A stretch of DNA of 64,000 bases from a virus: the IMG/VR virus record IMGVR_UViG_3300045988_121676, positions 49,569 through 113,568 of that record, one strand, 5' to 3'. The translations under genes and the position numbers were made by a program. The stretch's first letter is position 1. Each line of letters opens with the position of its first letter. Positions 47,431 to 57,542 of this stretch are shown piece after piece. The notes below the pieces were generated by a model. The model made no database searches. It saw only the letters and a list, made by a program, of their open reading frames with translations, and had not been told where the DNA came from.

Positions 47431-48093
47431 TTAATCCCATCCTCCAGTAGTGTACAAAGATACATCTTCCTCCTCTACGTTTACCCCTTTAATAGCCTGT
47501 AGAAGTTTTTTCTTTGTCTCCCGGCACATATTGTAACCATATCCTTTATACCGATATGAGCGCTCCCATGTGCTTACTGGAAAAGGAATATTTTCGTCAA
47601 TGACCAGCCTCTTCATATGAAGATGTTCGAAGAATTTCTCATGATAGAATAGTTTGTACTCGTATGCTACTATGCTTACGGATGAGAATGGAAAATAATC
47701 ATCTTCTTTTTCTTCGTATTTGGGCTCCTTATAGTAAGCCATTTTTGTCACAGTAAAATCGAAGCTCCTAAGAATCTCTTTCGGCTTTCCAAACTCTGAC
47801 TCTATGAACTCTATCCATACCTTTTCTCCCTCTTTCTGGAACGCACATGCCTTCTCATTTCTGTACTTAAATTTCCATCCTTCTTTCTGATGTTTTTCAT
47901 CATTGAACGAATCAATAGCCTCCTGAAAATCGCTTTCACTTTCAAAGAAAATATCAATGTCTTTTACTCTTTCTCCGGAAAGGATATTTTTAAAACATCC
48001 ACCAGCTATGAATCCTTTGTGGCCTTCCATATACTTGTCAAGCCATCTTATTTGCCAGAAATTATCTGGAGTATCTATTACAAAATTATTCAT
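47431..48093 (-). CDS. putative Pol-beta-superfamily nucleotidyltransferase (220 aa)
   Basis: GGCFKNILSGERVKDIDIFF matches the G[GS]...[DE]h[DE]h NTase signature; third acidic residue downstream. Confidence 0.45.
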   Translation of the reverse strand: MNNFVIDTPDNFWQIRWLDKYMEGHKGFIAGGCFKNILSGERVKDIDIFFESESDFQEAIDSFNDEKHQKEGWKFKYRNEKACAFQKEGEKVWIEFIESEFGKPKEILRSFDFTVTKMAYYKEPKYEEKEDDYFPFSSVSIVAYEYKLFYHEKFFEHLHMKRLVIDENIPFPVSTWERSYRYKGYGYNMCRETKKKLLQAIKGVNVEEEDVSLYTTGGWD

Positions 48094-48111
48094 ATTGTTT
48101 ATGTTTTGCCG

Positions 48112-48366
48112 TTACCAAGCGAGATAAAAATTCCGCTTCACAATAATACAATGAGTGTAATTACTCAGGTCGATTCCGTTGTCCGTAAATGCATCCAGGA
48201 CCCGTTTTTCCACGTATTTGAGTTTTACTGTTATCCCCTTCTTAAACACTTCTATTAACTTCTCATTGCACTCAATAGGTCCAATAAGACAGTATCTATT
48301 CGAAGGACTGTCTGATATACAATATGTCTGACATCCTAACATGTTGCTTAAAATTACTTCGTTCAT
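48112..48366 (-). CDS. hypothetical protein (84 aa)
   Basis: ORF. Confidence 0.45.
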   Translation of the reverse strand: MNEVILSNMLGCQTYCISDSPSNRYCLIGPIECNEKLIEVFKKGITVKLKYVEKRVLDAFTDNGIDLSNYTHCIIVKRNFYLAW

Positions 48367-48373
48367 AATTTCT

Positions 48374-48850
48374 CTATGATTCTAATATGGTGTCTACAAA
48401 CTCCGTTATTTTATCAACGGATTCTTTTGATAAGGTATATCTTCTCCAATCCCATCTAAAATGCGCTTTTGGGAGATTTTTAGTAGAATATTTTTCATTT
48501 CCGTCCTTGTTAGTCCATTCGTAATTATCCTCTGGATCCGCCACTTTTATCCCCGATTTAGGTCCGTTACGAAAGCTATATAGCATTCTTATAACCGATT
48601 CAAAATCCGAACCTATATCAAATAGCATATGATACACCTTGTTTATTAAAGCCCTATCAGCTTGTTCCAAGTCTTCACCAAACAACTCTCTTACACTCCA
48701 ATTTTTCATTTCTGAATAACGAATGAAATTAAGTTTCCCTTTTTCTATATTAGGATTTTTTCTTGATAATACAAGCTCCAAATCTTTCACAAATGATTCT
48801 TTTAGCTTCTGTTGTCCTAACAAGGCGGTGTATTTACTTACTATATCCAT
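48374..48850 (-). CDS. hypothetical protein (158 aa)
   Basis: ORF. Confidence 0.5.
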   Translation of the reverse strand: MDIVSKYTALLGQQKLKESFVKDLELVLSRKNPNIEKGKLNFIRYSEMKNWSVRELFGEDLEQADRALINKVYHMLFDIGSDFESVIRMLYSFRNGPKSGIKVADPEDNYEWTNKDGNEKYSTKNLPKAHFRWDWRRYTLSKESVDKITEFVDTILES

Positions 48851-49149
48851 TATCCAAAGTTTTTTAATATTACTCCAAACGAATCATATTTAACCCCTAA
48901 TATATCATGTGCCTTTTGGGATCCACATTCACATTTTCCTACCTTCTGTCCTGATCCACACCCGCATAAGCCTATTCCCCAATGGTTGATACAGTGGTCG
49001 CAGCAGTAGGACTGGTGAAGCCATGTGGCATCACCAGTATCCAAATCCAATTTTTCAAATGTTTCCCAAAACATGCTATTCGAAGCACTATTATCAAATC
49101 TGATAGTGACTGCACCGCATTTACATTTTTGTATGTATTCTATTTTCAT
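48850..49149 (-). CDS. Cys-rich small protein (99 aa; 12 Cys)
   Basis: CKC...CCDHCINHWGIGLCGCGSGQKVGKCECG. Confidence 0.5.
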   Translation of the reverse strand: MKIEYIQKCKCGAVTIRFDNSASNSMFWETFEKLDLDTGDATWLHQSYCCDHCINHWGIGLCGCGSGQKVGKCECGSQKAHDILGVKYDSFGVILKNFG

Positions 49150-49209
49150 ATATGTTCCATTTTCAAAATATCTGGGGACAGATATTCTTGCAACTCCAAT
49201 TTGCGTACA

Positions 49210-49953
49210 TTAAAGCGCCTCATCGGTTCCTAAAAGATGCTCATTTCCTTGGTATGGAATACACTCTTTGTATCTCAAACCTCCCAAGCATTCATATTTG
49301 TATTCTTCTTCTCTTACTCTGGCAAATAAGTGTAGATTCCAATTTCCCAAATTGCTTGCTCTCACCAAGACTTGATCGAATGGCTTAAAATCGCATTTCT
49401 TTTCTTTAGTCAGCAAGTATTCGTACTCACTTAGATATTGTTTTATTATTCCTGCTTTTTTAAGGTTTTCTGTATTAGCAATTCTTTCAGCAAAAGATTT
49501 TTTCTCTTCCTCTGTGGCTAATCTAACATACTTGGATTTATCCTCACCACACACACTTGTCCATATTGGAACTTCTTCAGATGTAATCTCGCCATATGCC
49601 GATATACCATATATGCATCCCATATCTCCTTCTCTATTAATAATACCATTATATATAAATGGGTTCCCAAGCGTGCTTATTAATACATCTCCTTTCTTAA
49701 AATACGCTCCAGCCTCTACTTCCAATTCCAGAACGTTGTTGAAAAAAGTACGACCTTCTGTATCGGCATATATAGCACTTATCCCAGATTCATCTTTTTT
49801 TACAAAAAGTAAATTATAACGATCTGCACAGTCTTTTGACTCATATACAAATTCTATTTTAATATTACCAATTAATACTGAACCTTCTATTTCTCCGCTT
49901 TTAATTTTTCTCGCCGTATTTAAATCAAACGGAACAATAATTGGATTTTCCAT
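49210..49953 (-). CDS. hypothetical protein (247 aa)
   Basis: ORF. Confidence 0.55.
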   Translation of the reverse strand: MENPIIVPFDLNTARKIKSGEIEGSVLIGNIKIEFVYESKDCADRYNLLFVKKDESGISAIYADTEGRTFFNNVLELEVEAGAYFKKGDVLISTLGNPFIYNGIINREGDMGCIYGISAYGEITSEEVPIWTSVCGEDKSKYVRLATEEEKKSFAERIANTENLKKAGIIKQYLSEYEYLLTKEKKCDFKPFDQVLVRASNLGNWNLHLFARVREEEYKYECLGGLRYKECIPYQGNEHLLGTDEAL

Positions 49954-49999
49954 ATCTTTTTATTTTTAATTATGTAATCAATAAAACAAGATGGGTTAC

Positions 50000-51058
50000 T
50001 TAAACCCATCCCAGTTGTTTTGCTATTCTCTCCATTTCGTTATATGCTATCCTATGACATCCAGCGGTTAGCAAATCGTTTTCGTACCGATTTAGACTCC
50101 ACTGGTGACCGGTGATGTCCTCCACCAGACCGTGCCGAAACTCGGCGCCCCGGTGCATTGCCGACACAGCCCTCCGCAGTTTTCTGGCTTCTGCTATTCC
50201 AATCTTTATCTGTTTACTTGTCTCAATAATATTTCCTTTTATACGAATCCAGGCGTTAGGTTTTTCACCAGGAATATAGAAAGGTGTATTCAAGAAATTG
50301 ATTTCTCCTGACTTCCACTCTTCCAGTTTTTCATCAAAATCCTTGTAACGGGCTTCTTCCTTTCTTAATCTCTCTAATTTTATTCTTTCTCTTTCTTCCT
50401 CACCCTTTCTCCATCTTTCAGATCTTTCTGAATACTTAATCCATGTACCTTCCCCGCAAACTTCATCAACAATCACATTTACGGTCCCTAACACTTTTAA
50501 TCCTTGATGATCCAATAAAATTTGAAAGATGCGTTTTAATTCATGTACGTGCTTACGCTTGATACTATCTCCGCTCTTGGATAATTCATGATTGGTTCCA
50601 AGCCAATCATTAGCACTCTTTTTAAGGATACTCTTAGCAGTCCCCATGTTAAAGAACTGAATGTAATCCATCATATTCCCAAAAGCGCCCCAAATATCTG
50701 TATAAGATAATTCTGTTTTAGCTCTTTTGTATTTTTCAATAGACTTCTTAATTGATTCCAGTTTGCTGGCAACAAACCTCATATTACCAGTATCCGATAT
50801 ATTATCCCCTACACTGAAAACCATTGCCCAAGTTGGTATCGCATTACGAACATAGCATTGATGTTTGCTCGTGGTAGCAGAATAATAATCTTCATTTATC
50901 AGGTATGCTTTCTTCCCTTGTTTGTTTTTTACTATTCTCCCGACTTCAAAGTGATGCCCATAAGAATAAATACTTGTACCTACAAAGAAGAAATTGCTCC
51001 CTGATGCTGATTCTTCTTGTTCATGAGCCCACAAGTGAGCGACCATTGAATTGTTCAT
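50000..51058 (-). CDS. hypothetical protein (352 aa)
   Basis: ORF. Confidence 0.55.
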   Translation of the reverse strand: MNNSMVAHLWAHEQEESASGSNFFFVGTSIYSYGHHFEVGRIVKNKQGKKAYLINEDYYSATTSKHQCYVRNAIPTWAMVFSVGDNISDTGNMRFVASKLESIKKSIEKYKRAKTELSYTDIWGAFGNMMDYIQFFNMGTAKSILKKSANDWLGTNHELSKSGDSIKRKHVHELKRIFQILLDHQGLKVLGTVNVIVDEVCGEGTWIKYSERSERWRKGEEERERIKLERLRKEEARYKDFDEKLEEWKSGEINFLNTPFYIPGEKPNAWIRIKGNIIETSKQIKIGIAEARKLRRAVSAMHRGAEFRHGLVEDITGHQWSLNRYENDLLTAGCHRIAYNEMERIAKQLGWV

Positions 51059-51070
51059 ATAAATATCTTT

Positions 51071-51385
51071 TTAATTGTTTAACTTACCTCTACTATATAA
51101 TCCTCTTTGTTCATATTTTTCAATACATTCGGTTATCATATCGCAGAACACTTGCCCTTCTTTTTCGGAACCTCTGAAGTAACCAATCATCTTCAGGATA
51201 TTCCCGTTAAACTCATGGACAAACTTGTTGTAATAATGTTCCCCCATAACTTTCCCGTATTTTTCCATGAACAAATCTTTGTCCAACGACTCATCCTTAA
51301 AACAACGGTTGTAATCCCATCTTACAACACGAAACAATGTTTCAAAATTCAATCTTTCCATATCCTGTATTTTATTTAAGCTCAA
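51071..51385 (-). CDS. hypothetical protein (104 aa)
   Basis: ORF. Confidence 0.5.
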   Translation of the reverse strand: MSLNKIQDMERLNFETLFRVVRWDYNRCFKDESLDKDLFMEKYGKVMGEHYYNKFVHEFNGNILKMIGYFRGSEKEGQVFCDMITECIEKYEQRGLYSRGKLNN

Positions 51386-52268
51386 ACCTAATATCTTCCG
51401 GCAACTGAGAGCGGTCCACCTTGTTCACAAAATCATCAAACTCTTCCTGTGTGATTTTTTCTCCATAACTGTTCCAGTTGAAAGATAAAGTATTTAAGTG
51501 AGGGTAATATATAGCATTATCAGTAGACAACCCATAATCAAACACACAGAGCATTATCTTTTTTTCTGCTTCTGCTTGTCTGATTCTCTTATCGTATCGC
51601 TCACAAATTTCAGCACGCTTTTTCAACATCTCTGCCTTATGATCCTCTTCCCTACGTTTTTCGATATTTTCTGCGGAATAATACCTGGCTTTAACGCGCT
51701 CTTCAATAAGAGATCGTTCCTCGTCCGTTAATGTCAAAGTAAGCCTTTCCTTTTCCGGCGTATGCGGATTTACCCATTTCTTGCCACACAGGTCTTCAAG
51801 TTCAACAAGAAGCTCGTCTGATTCACGTTTCCATCTATCCACAATCCCCAGATTGAAAAGCATATATTTGAAATACAGCTCATCCTCAGAAGCTATATAT
51901 AATTTTACGCATTCTTGTTCTGATATACGCAGATACTTCATTGCCACAGATATACCACTTTTTCTAATATGATATATTCCATTTCTAACCGGATACATAG
52001 GAGCACCATAATGATTACTGCAATGCAATGGTATAAATTTCGCCAATTCCGGAAAATGTTTTGCAACCTCACCGTGGCAGCAACCTCCCATATACTCTAC
52101 ATACGTTCCTTGTTGATCTTTCTGTCTAATATCATCCGTTACGCTCCAGTCACACATATTGTTATGACAATCATCATCTAAAGATATTGTGACTGTTATT
52201 CTGTATTCTTCTTTGTTTTCTATAAAGAATTTTGTGCTTGAATAAATTAGTTTGTTTGCAGTTTCCAT
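51372..52268 (-). CDS. hypothetical protein (298 aa)
   Basis: ORF. Confidence 0.55.
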   Translation of the reverse strand: METANKLIYSSTKFFIENKEEYRITVTISLDDDCHNNMCDWSVTDDIRQKDQQGTYVEYMGGCCHGEVAKHFPELAKFIPLHCSNHYGAPMYPVRNGIYHIRKSGISVAMKYLRISEQECVKLYIASEDELYFKYMLFNLGIVDRWKRESDELLVELEDLCGKKWVNPHTPEKERLTLTLTDEERSLIEERVKARYYSAENIEKRREEDHKAEMLKKRAEICERYDKRIRQAEAEKKIMLCVFDYGLSTDNAIYYPHLNTLSFNWNSYGEKITQEEFDDFVNKVDRSQLPEDIRFELK

Positions 52269-52279
52269 ATTATTTTAGT

Positions 52280-52516
52280 TTAATCATTACGCTTGTAAAA
52301 AATAAAATCTGCACATTCTCCCGGTGTATTATTAGCGTTATTGTACCAATAAAAACCTTCTGTTTTCCAGTCTACATCTACGGGATCTTCTTTTACTCGT
52401 TCCAAGAAATTCCTTATTTCTCGTTCTTCATTATCTGACAAACCTGTATAATCACCATTTATCAGAGCACGAGCCCAATAAACTGGAAGCCTGTATCTTG
52501 TTACCTTTATACTCAT
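52280..52516 (-). CDS. hypothetical protein (78 aa)
   Basis: ORF. Confidence 0.45.
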   Translation of the reverse strand: MSIKVTRYRLPVYWARALINGDYTGLSDNEEREIRNFLERVKEDPVDVDWKTEGFYWYNNANNTPGECADFIFYKRND

Positions 52517-52905
52517 AGCTTCATTAGTTTACAATTACTATCTTCAAATACAGGGACCATGCCCTGTCCCCTGAAATAAGCAGTAGCTAACTTAAAAGCG
52601 TACAGCGGATTCACTTTCTTAATTTCTCGCTGTGATTTATAGAAAGATAACGGCTGACATATATAGAAATTTTCATTGCCAAGACTCCCAAAAAGCCAAT
52701 CCATACTACCTTCATCACAATTAGTGCCACCCAGTATTATTAAATCACATCCGGTCTTACGGGTCCCTAAGATGAATGTCTTGTTCTTATTCTCTGGCCG
52801 CATAAATATCTCTTTATCAATATTAAACCAATCACTTTGGCAACTTTCTACATCCCTTAGAACGATCTCGTCAATCTCACGGGCATATTCTTCTTGTGTT
52901 TTCAT
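52513..52905 (-). CDS. hypothetical protein (130 aa)
   Basis: ORF. Confidence 0.5.
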   Translation of the reverse strand: MKTQEEYAREIDEIVLRDVESCQSDWFNIDKEIFMRPENKNKTFILGTRKTGCDLIILGGTNCDEGSMDWLFGSLGNENFYICQPLSFYKSQREIKKVNPLYAFKLATAYFRGQGMVPVFEDSNCKLMKL

Positions 52906-52917
52906 AAGGCATGTTAT

Positions 52918-53460
52918 TTAAAAGAAACTCCAACAATATGTCACAATAAATTCCCTCATTCCGTATTCAGCAAGCTGCTGAAACGATTCTATCCCATTAC
53001 AATAATAAAAAACATTATCATTATCATCATCGTTGATACTCAGCGATAGTTTGATTGTCACTCTTTTATCGTCTCCTGTTTCTTTCCACACAATCTGACA
53101 TTCTACGTATTCAGGCTCCTTACCTGTTCTTTCTACAAATTTAAGGAATCTTAAATCAATTTCATATTTGACTCCTTCAACATTAGATATCACTACCTCG
53201 TTTTCACAATCACTGCAAATAGCATGCATGAAAGCTCCATCAAAATAATCTATTATTTTTCCGGTATTCGGATTTACTATAGCTTCACAGGCAACATTTG
53301 TTCCACCACATCTTGTACATATATATCCCATAATTATCTGTTTTTTAAAATGTTCAACAATTTCATCTACTGTAGCCTTACGCCACGCAAAGCAGGCCCC
53401 GTCTCCCCTGAACCGGAGCTCTTCGCACTTTACCCACCTGTCTCCTGTGGCGTCCGTCAC
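52918..53460 (-). CDS. Cys-rich hypothetical protein (180 aa; CTRCGG..C and C..C..C)
   Basis: ORF. Confidence 0.5.
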   Translation of the reverse strand: MTDATGDRWVKCEELRFRGDGACFAWRKATVDEIVEHFKKQIIMGYICTRCGGTNVACEAIVNPNTGKIIDYFDGAFMHAICSDCENEVVISNVEGVKYEIDLRFLKFVERTGKEPEYVECQIVWKETGDDKRVTIKLSLSINDDDNDNVFYYCNGIESFQQLAEYGMREFIVTYCWSFF

Positions 53461-53476
53461 TATCAGCCATTATAAC

Positions 53477-54286
53477 CTATTCTTCTAAGCCATTCTCTAT
53501 CATGACTTCCTTTATCAATTCATCTGTCTCCTCGTAACATCCCCAGCAAGAATCAACCTCTTCCCATTCTTCACAATCTTCATCCTCTCTTGATTCGTCT
53601 TTGTATTTCTTGGTAAATGCTACCTTCTTTTCAAGAACGTACCCTTTTACATCTCCCCACATCCACATACCTATGGACTTTACTTCATTATCTATAATTT
53701 TGGCACAATCTTCTTTCCAGTCTCCTTCCTTATCGCAGACTTCATTATCATATTTTTCTTTTGTAACGTATGCTATCCCTTTTATATAATCACCTTGACT
53801 ATAACCCCTTGTTGACCACTCTATAGCCACCACATCTTTTCCGTATTTGGATATGATATCTAACAAATCTTCGTCATCCAGATCCTCTATTAATTCTCCT
53901 CTGTAATCAAAGTCCGTCAAATCACTTGGAAAAAACTCTTGACCTATATATGGACTTGTCTTATGCTTCAACTCCCATACATTGTCACCTCTGTTGTATG
54001 TAAATGAGATCTCATTCGCTTCCCCTTTCTTTAAATATTTTACAATGTCTTTCTGTTTTATATGCTTCATTACAATAGCATCAATAACATCTCTAAGATC
54101 ATGCTTGTTATCGTAGAAGAAAGTTTTCCAATTGCATTCATCATGCAATCGATGCGTATCAGAGTATTCAAAAAAGAATGACCCAAACAAACCCCAATTA
54201 GTTATAGGGCATTCTGAATCATGACAATAATACACTTTAATGCGATAATCGCCTACTTCTTTTGTTGTAATAAGATCGTCTTCCAT
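53477..54286 (-). CDS. hypothetical protein (269 aa)
   Basis: ORF. Confidence 0.55.
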   Translation of the reverse strand: MEDDLITTKEVGDYRIKVYYCHDSECPITNWGLFGSFFFEYSDTHRLHDECNWKTFFYDNKHDLRDVIDAIVMKHIKQKDIVKYLKKGEANEISFTYNRGDNVWELKHKTSPYIGQEFFPSDLTDFDYRGELIEDLDDEDLLDIISKYGKDVVAIEWSTRGYSQGDYIKGIAYVTKEKYDNEVCDKEGDWKEDCAKIIDNEVKSIGMWMWGDVKGYVLEKKVAFTKKYKDESREDEDCEEWEEVDSCWGCYEETDELIKEVMIENGLEE

Positions 54287-54297
54287 GTCTTTATATT

Positions 54298-54756
54298 TTA
54301 AATAGTTCCTAACTTTTTATCAATAAATTCATCTATTTCATCATAGTATGATCCATCGAAATCATAATTCCCATATTTCTCTGTAAACTCTTTAGCCCAC
54401 TCTCGAATGATGTTAAATGCCTGTTCCCTGCTATATTCTTTTGGTCCTGTTAGATACTCCACAGCTTCCACCGATAACTCTTGCAGATTTCGTAAGTAAT
54501 TTAAACCTATGCTATATGGTAGCTTACCTACTTCTATACATACATGATGACCTTGTTTAAAGGCATCCTGTAAATCTTCCAAACTTTCTATCAATGACTC
54601 GGACTCATCATCTACTCTCACCTTGTATAACTCAAAATCTTCATTTTCTGCCGACACCCATATCTTGTAGGCTTTTTCGTTGGACAATCTTTTCCAAACA
54701 AATCCGTCACTGAATACAATTAGGCTGCCTGTTACTATCGTATTTTTCATAATCAC
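54298..54756 (-). CDS. hypothetical protein (152 aa)
   Basis: ORF. Confidence 0.5.
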   Translation of the reverse strand: MIMKNTIVTGSLIVFSDGFVWKRLSNEKAYKIWVSAENEDFELYKVRVDDESESLIESLEDLQDAFKQGHHVCIEVGKLPYSIGLNYLRNLQELSVEAVEYLTGPKEYSREQAFNIIREWAKEFTEKYGNYDFDGSYYDEIDEFIDKKLGTI

Positions 54757-54759
54757 TTT

Positions 54760-55074
54760 CTAATCTGTTACTCTGTAATAATAATCAAGTTCTTCTCCCT
54801 TAAAGTTGTTCATGGCATACTCGTCAGCTTCCCGCCACAACCGGTCATACAATGCAGCCAGTTCACGATTGCTTTTATAATGTTGCCAGATTTTATGATT
54901 CAATACCAGCGTCAATTCTGTAAAGAACTTATAATCGTCTTTCCATTCGCTGAACGCACGTTTGTAGGTATCTTTGACACCTGCTATACCATACTTGTCG
55001 GCTATGCTGAAATCTTCCCAAAAGGTAGTTATCAGGTCATAGCCGTTCTCTTGCATAAATTCTTTAAATGTCAT
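54760..55074 (-). CDS. hypothetical protein (104 aa)
   Basis: ORF. Confidence 0.5.
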   Translation of the reverse strand: MTFKEFMQENGYDLITTFWEDFSIADKYGIAGVKDTYKRAFSEWKDDYKFFTELTLVLNHKIWQHYKSNRELAALYDRLWREADEYAMNNFKGEELDYYYRVTD

Positions 55075-55081
55075 ATACTAA

Positions 55082-55777
55082 CTATTTAAAGGCAATTCCA
55101 TAATTACTCCAAAACTTTACTTGTTGAGACAGATTCCACGGCATAGTTTTATATGCTTGGAAATATTCCCACTCGATTTTATCCTCAAAGCCGGGACAAT
55201 AATGTTTGACGTAAGCATAAAACTCATCATGCTTCTGTTTTGCAAAATCATCCCCTTCTTCATCCAGCATGACAATTTTTGGTTTGTTTGCCTCCCGACA
55301 TTGTTTTGCGGTTTGATAGAATCGCCGAAAGTGTTCGGCATAATACTCGTTTCCACTATAATCAACGAAGGTAACTTTACCTCCATAAATTTTGCAAACC
55401 CTTAAAGGTTCCCGTGTTGCTCTCTTTACCGGTCTTGAACCATCCCATAGCCAACCACAGAACTGTATGCCATCCCAGACAAGACACGGTAAGTATTTTA
55501 AAGAAAAAGACTCTATATTCAACACCTCATATTGTACAGGATTGGTTTCTTGTGCTGCATCTTCAGCGGTTTTGTATATGGGCATACTTACCTTAAATTT
55601 TTCCTCTCCCAATTTGCTGCCAAACCAAAAGATATGTTCGGTATCCACGTTGTTTCCACAAATACCGGTATCTTTTATTCTCATGCCGCGATATTCTGCT
55701 TCACGAATCACTCCGTTTCTGTGCATAAATACCCTTGTTCCAAAGGGGAACGGGTAAACTGATACTTTTCTTTCCAT
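55082..55777 (-). CDS. hypothetical protein (231 aa)
   Basis: ORF. Confidence 0.55.
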   Translation of the reverse strand: MERKVSVYPFPFGTRVFMHRNGVIREAEYRGMRIKDTGICGNNVDTEHIFWFGSKLGEEKFKVSMPIYKTAEDAAQETNPVQYEVLNIESFSLKYLPCLVWDGIQFCGWLWDGSRPVKRATREPLRVCKIYGGKVTFVDYSGNEYYAEHFRRFYQTAKQCREANKPKIVMLDEEGDDFAKQKHDEFYAYVKHYCPGFEDKIEWEYFQAYKTMPWNLSQQVKFWSNYGIAFK

Positions 55778-55827
55778 ATTGTTTTATTTATAGATTAAAA
55801 TTCAGCAATATAACTATATACATAATT

Positions 55828-56583
55828 TTATTTTCCCCAGCACCAAAAATTTACAGCGTATTTCCCGGTAGTTATAAATATCTTACCTCCTCCTATCTCC
55901 GCAAGTATGTTCTCTCCAAATATCCTTGTAAGAAGCGGTATGTACTTTGCATCTATAGGTAAATCCTGGGTTTCTTTTATAGGTCTATATGGCACAAACG
56001 CTTTGTTCTCATATACCATCTCAATATACAGCCCATCTGGTGATTCAAACACGTCTTTCCTTTTCTGCCTCATCCCAGATCGTATTAACTGTTCTTTCCA
56101 AGATTGAATATATAATTTTCTACGGGTCTCATTTATCTTATTAATAACCTCTTCCTTAAATTCGTAATACTCATATATACGACCTTTGTATTCGGCTATC
56201 ATTTCTTTAATCTTACTTTCAGATGCCCATAACCCACAATACACATAGCAATCCAGTAATCTATCTACTGAAGAAACACCGATCAACATCATCTTAGAAA
56301 ATGGATTCCCTTCTTTTTCCAATTCTTCTCTTGCTCTGTCTGTCACTGCATCCCACCATTGTCCTTCACACTTCTCTACCTTTCCGTTGTCAAGTACGAT
56401 ATCGAACTTTCTACCTCCGAAAGCTTCTCTTCTCTCATTTCTCTTTGCAAGGAAATCATAGAATATACCTCCTATCCTTCCAATAATGGTATCATCTCCG
56501 TACTTTGTGCTAATTTTATCAGGCATTTCGTCGAAGACAAGGTACTTATAGTCTCCTGATTCAACTACGTATAATAAATTCAT
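55828..56583 (-). CDS. hypothetical protein (251 aa)
   Basis: ORF. Confidence 0.55.
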   Translation of the reverse strand: MNLLYVVESGDYKYLVFDEMPDKISTKYGDDTIIGRIGGIFYDFLAKRNERREAFGGRKFDIVLDNGKVEKCEGQWWDAVTDRAREELEKEGNPFSKMMLIGVSSVDRLLDCYVYCGLWASESKIKEMIAEYKGRIYEYYEFKEEVINKINETRRKLYIQSWKEQLIRSGMRQKRKDVFESPDGLYIEMVYENKAFVPYRPIKETQDLPIDAKYIPLLTRIFGENILAEIGGGKIFITTGKYAVNFWCWGK

Positions 56584-56594
56584 GATTTATTTCT

Positions 56595-56960
56595 TTAGAT
56601 GTAAGTTATTCCTCCAACCTTGATCTGCATTATATCGTTTTCAAGCATAATGAAATTATTTTGTTTTATGGATCCAAATATCAATCCATATACACTTACC
56701 GTATTAAACAGCCTAACAGTGTGAAAATCTTCATTTAGCCTTACTCTGTTTTTATTCCAATATCCCAAATCGTTGATAGTTATCGGGAATCCTTCTATGT
56801 TGTTATACCTGTAGTAATTGTTTTCATTGAAAACTATTTTCTTTATTAACAGGTTCCCGATGCTTTTCATGTTGAATCCGGACAACTCTATCGTATTCCT
56901 TTTTCGGACCCTTGCTCCAGAATTTCCATTCGTTTGTAATATCGTTCCCATATTTATCAA
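56595..56960 (-). CDS. hypothetical protein (121 aa); overlaps 56824..57057 in another frame
   Basis: ORF; the overlap suggests a frameshift or an incorrect start. Confidence 0.35.
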   Translation of the reverse strand: MINMGTILQTNGNSGARVRKRNTIELSGFNMKSIGNLLIKKIVFNENNYYRYNNIEGFPITINDLGYWNKNRVRLNEDFHTVRLFNTVSVYGLIFGSIKQNNFIMLENDIMQIKVGGITYI

Positions 56961-57057
56961 ACCAATAGATATAATATACTACGTTACCGTATAAATCCAC
57001 TTTGTTTCTCTCCTGTATGATTACCTCGTAAGGCATTTCCTTGTCTCTTTTCTCCAT
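56824..57057 (-). CDS. hypothetical protein (77 aa)
   Basis: ORF overlapping the downstream ORF by 137 nt. Confidence 0.35.
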   Translation of the reverse strand: MEKRDKEMPYEVIIQERNKVDLYGNVVYYIYWFDKYGNDITNEWKFWSKGPKKEYDRVVRIQHEKHREPVNKENSFQ

Positions 57058-57131
57058 CTTTATCCTCCTTTCTTAAAAAAAACGACACCTATCTTCACAG
57101 ACCAGTGCCGGCAACTAACTTACATGGAAAA

Positions 57132-57542
57132 CTACTTAACCTCAACTAATTCTACAGAGTTGTAGAATTTAGTGAAGCTACCAACAAATTCTCTTATGTT
57201 TTTATATTCTTCTGGTCGTTTTCTGTTACCGTCTTTTATATAATTTACCCACAGTCTATCCTCTATGCTCTTAATCGCATTCTCTATAGTAAATTCGTCG
57301 CTGACACACATTAAGCACGAAGACCCGGTTTTCTTATGCGGTTTATACACCCTTGAAAAAGACCACATTTTTATCCTGTCGTATATATATCCGTTGTTGG
57401 GATAAACGAATCCTATCCGGCTGTCACCTTCTTTGGCGTAAAATACACCCGGCTCCTTTCCTCCCTTTCTATATACCACAAATCCTTTTTCTTTTAGGAT
57501 CTTAACCACTTTATCTAATTTATTTTCTACGTTCATTTTCAT
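57132..57542 (-). CDS. hypothetical protein (136 aa)
   Basis: ORF. Confidence 0.5.
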   Translation of the reverse strand: MKMNVENKLDKVVKILKEKGFVVYRKGGKEPGVFYAKEGDSRIGFVYPNNGYIYDRIKMWSFSRVYKPHKKTGSSCLMCVSDEFTIENAIKSIEDRLWVNYIKDGNRKRPEEYKNIREFVGSFTKFYNSVELVEVK

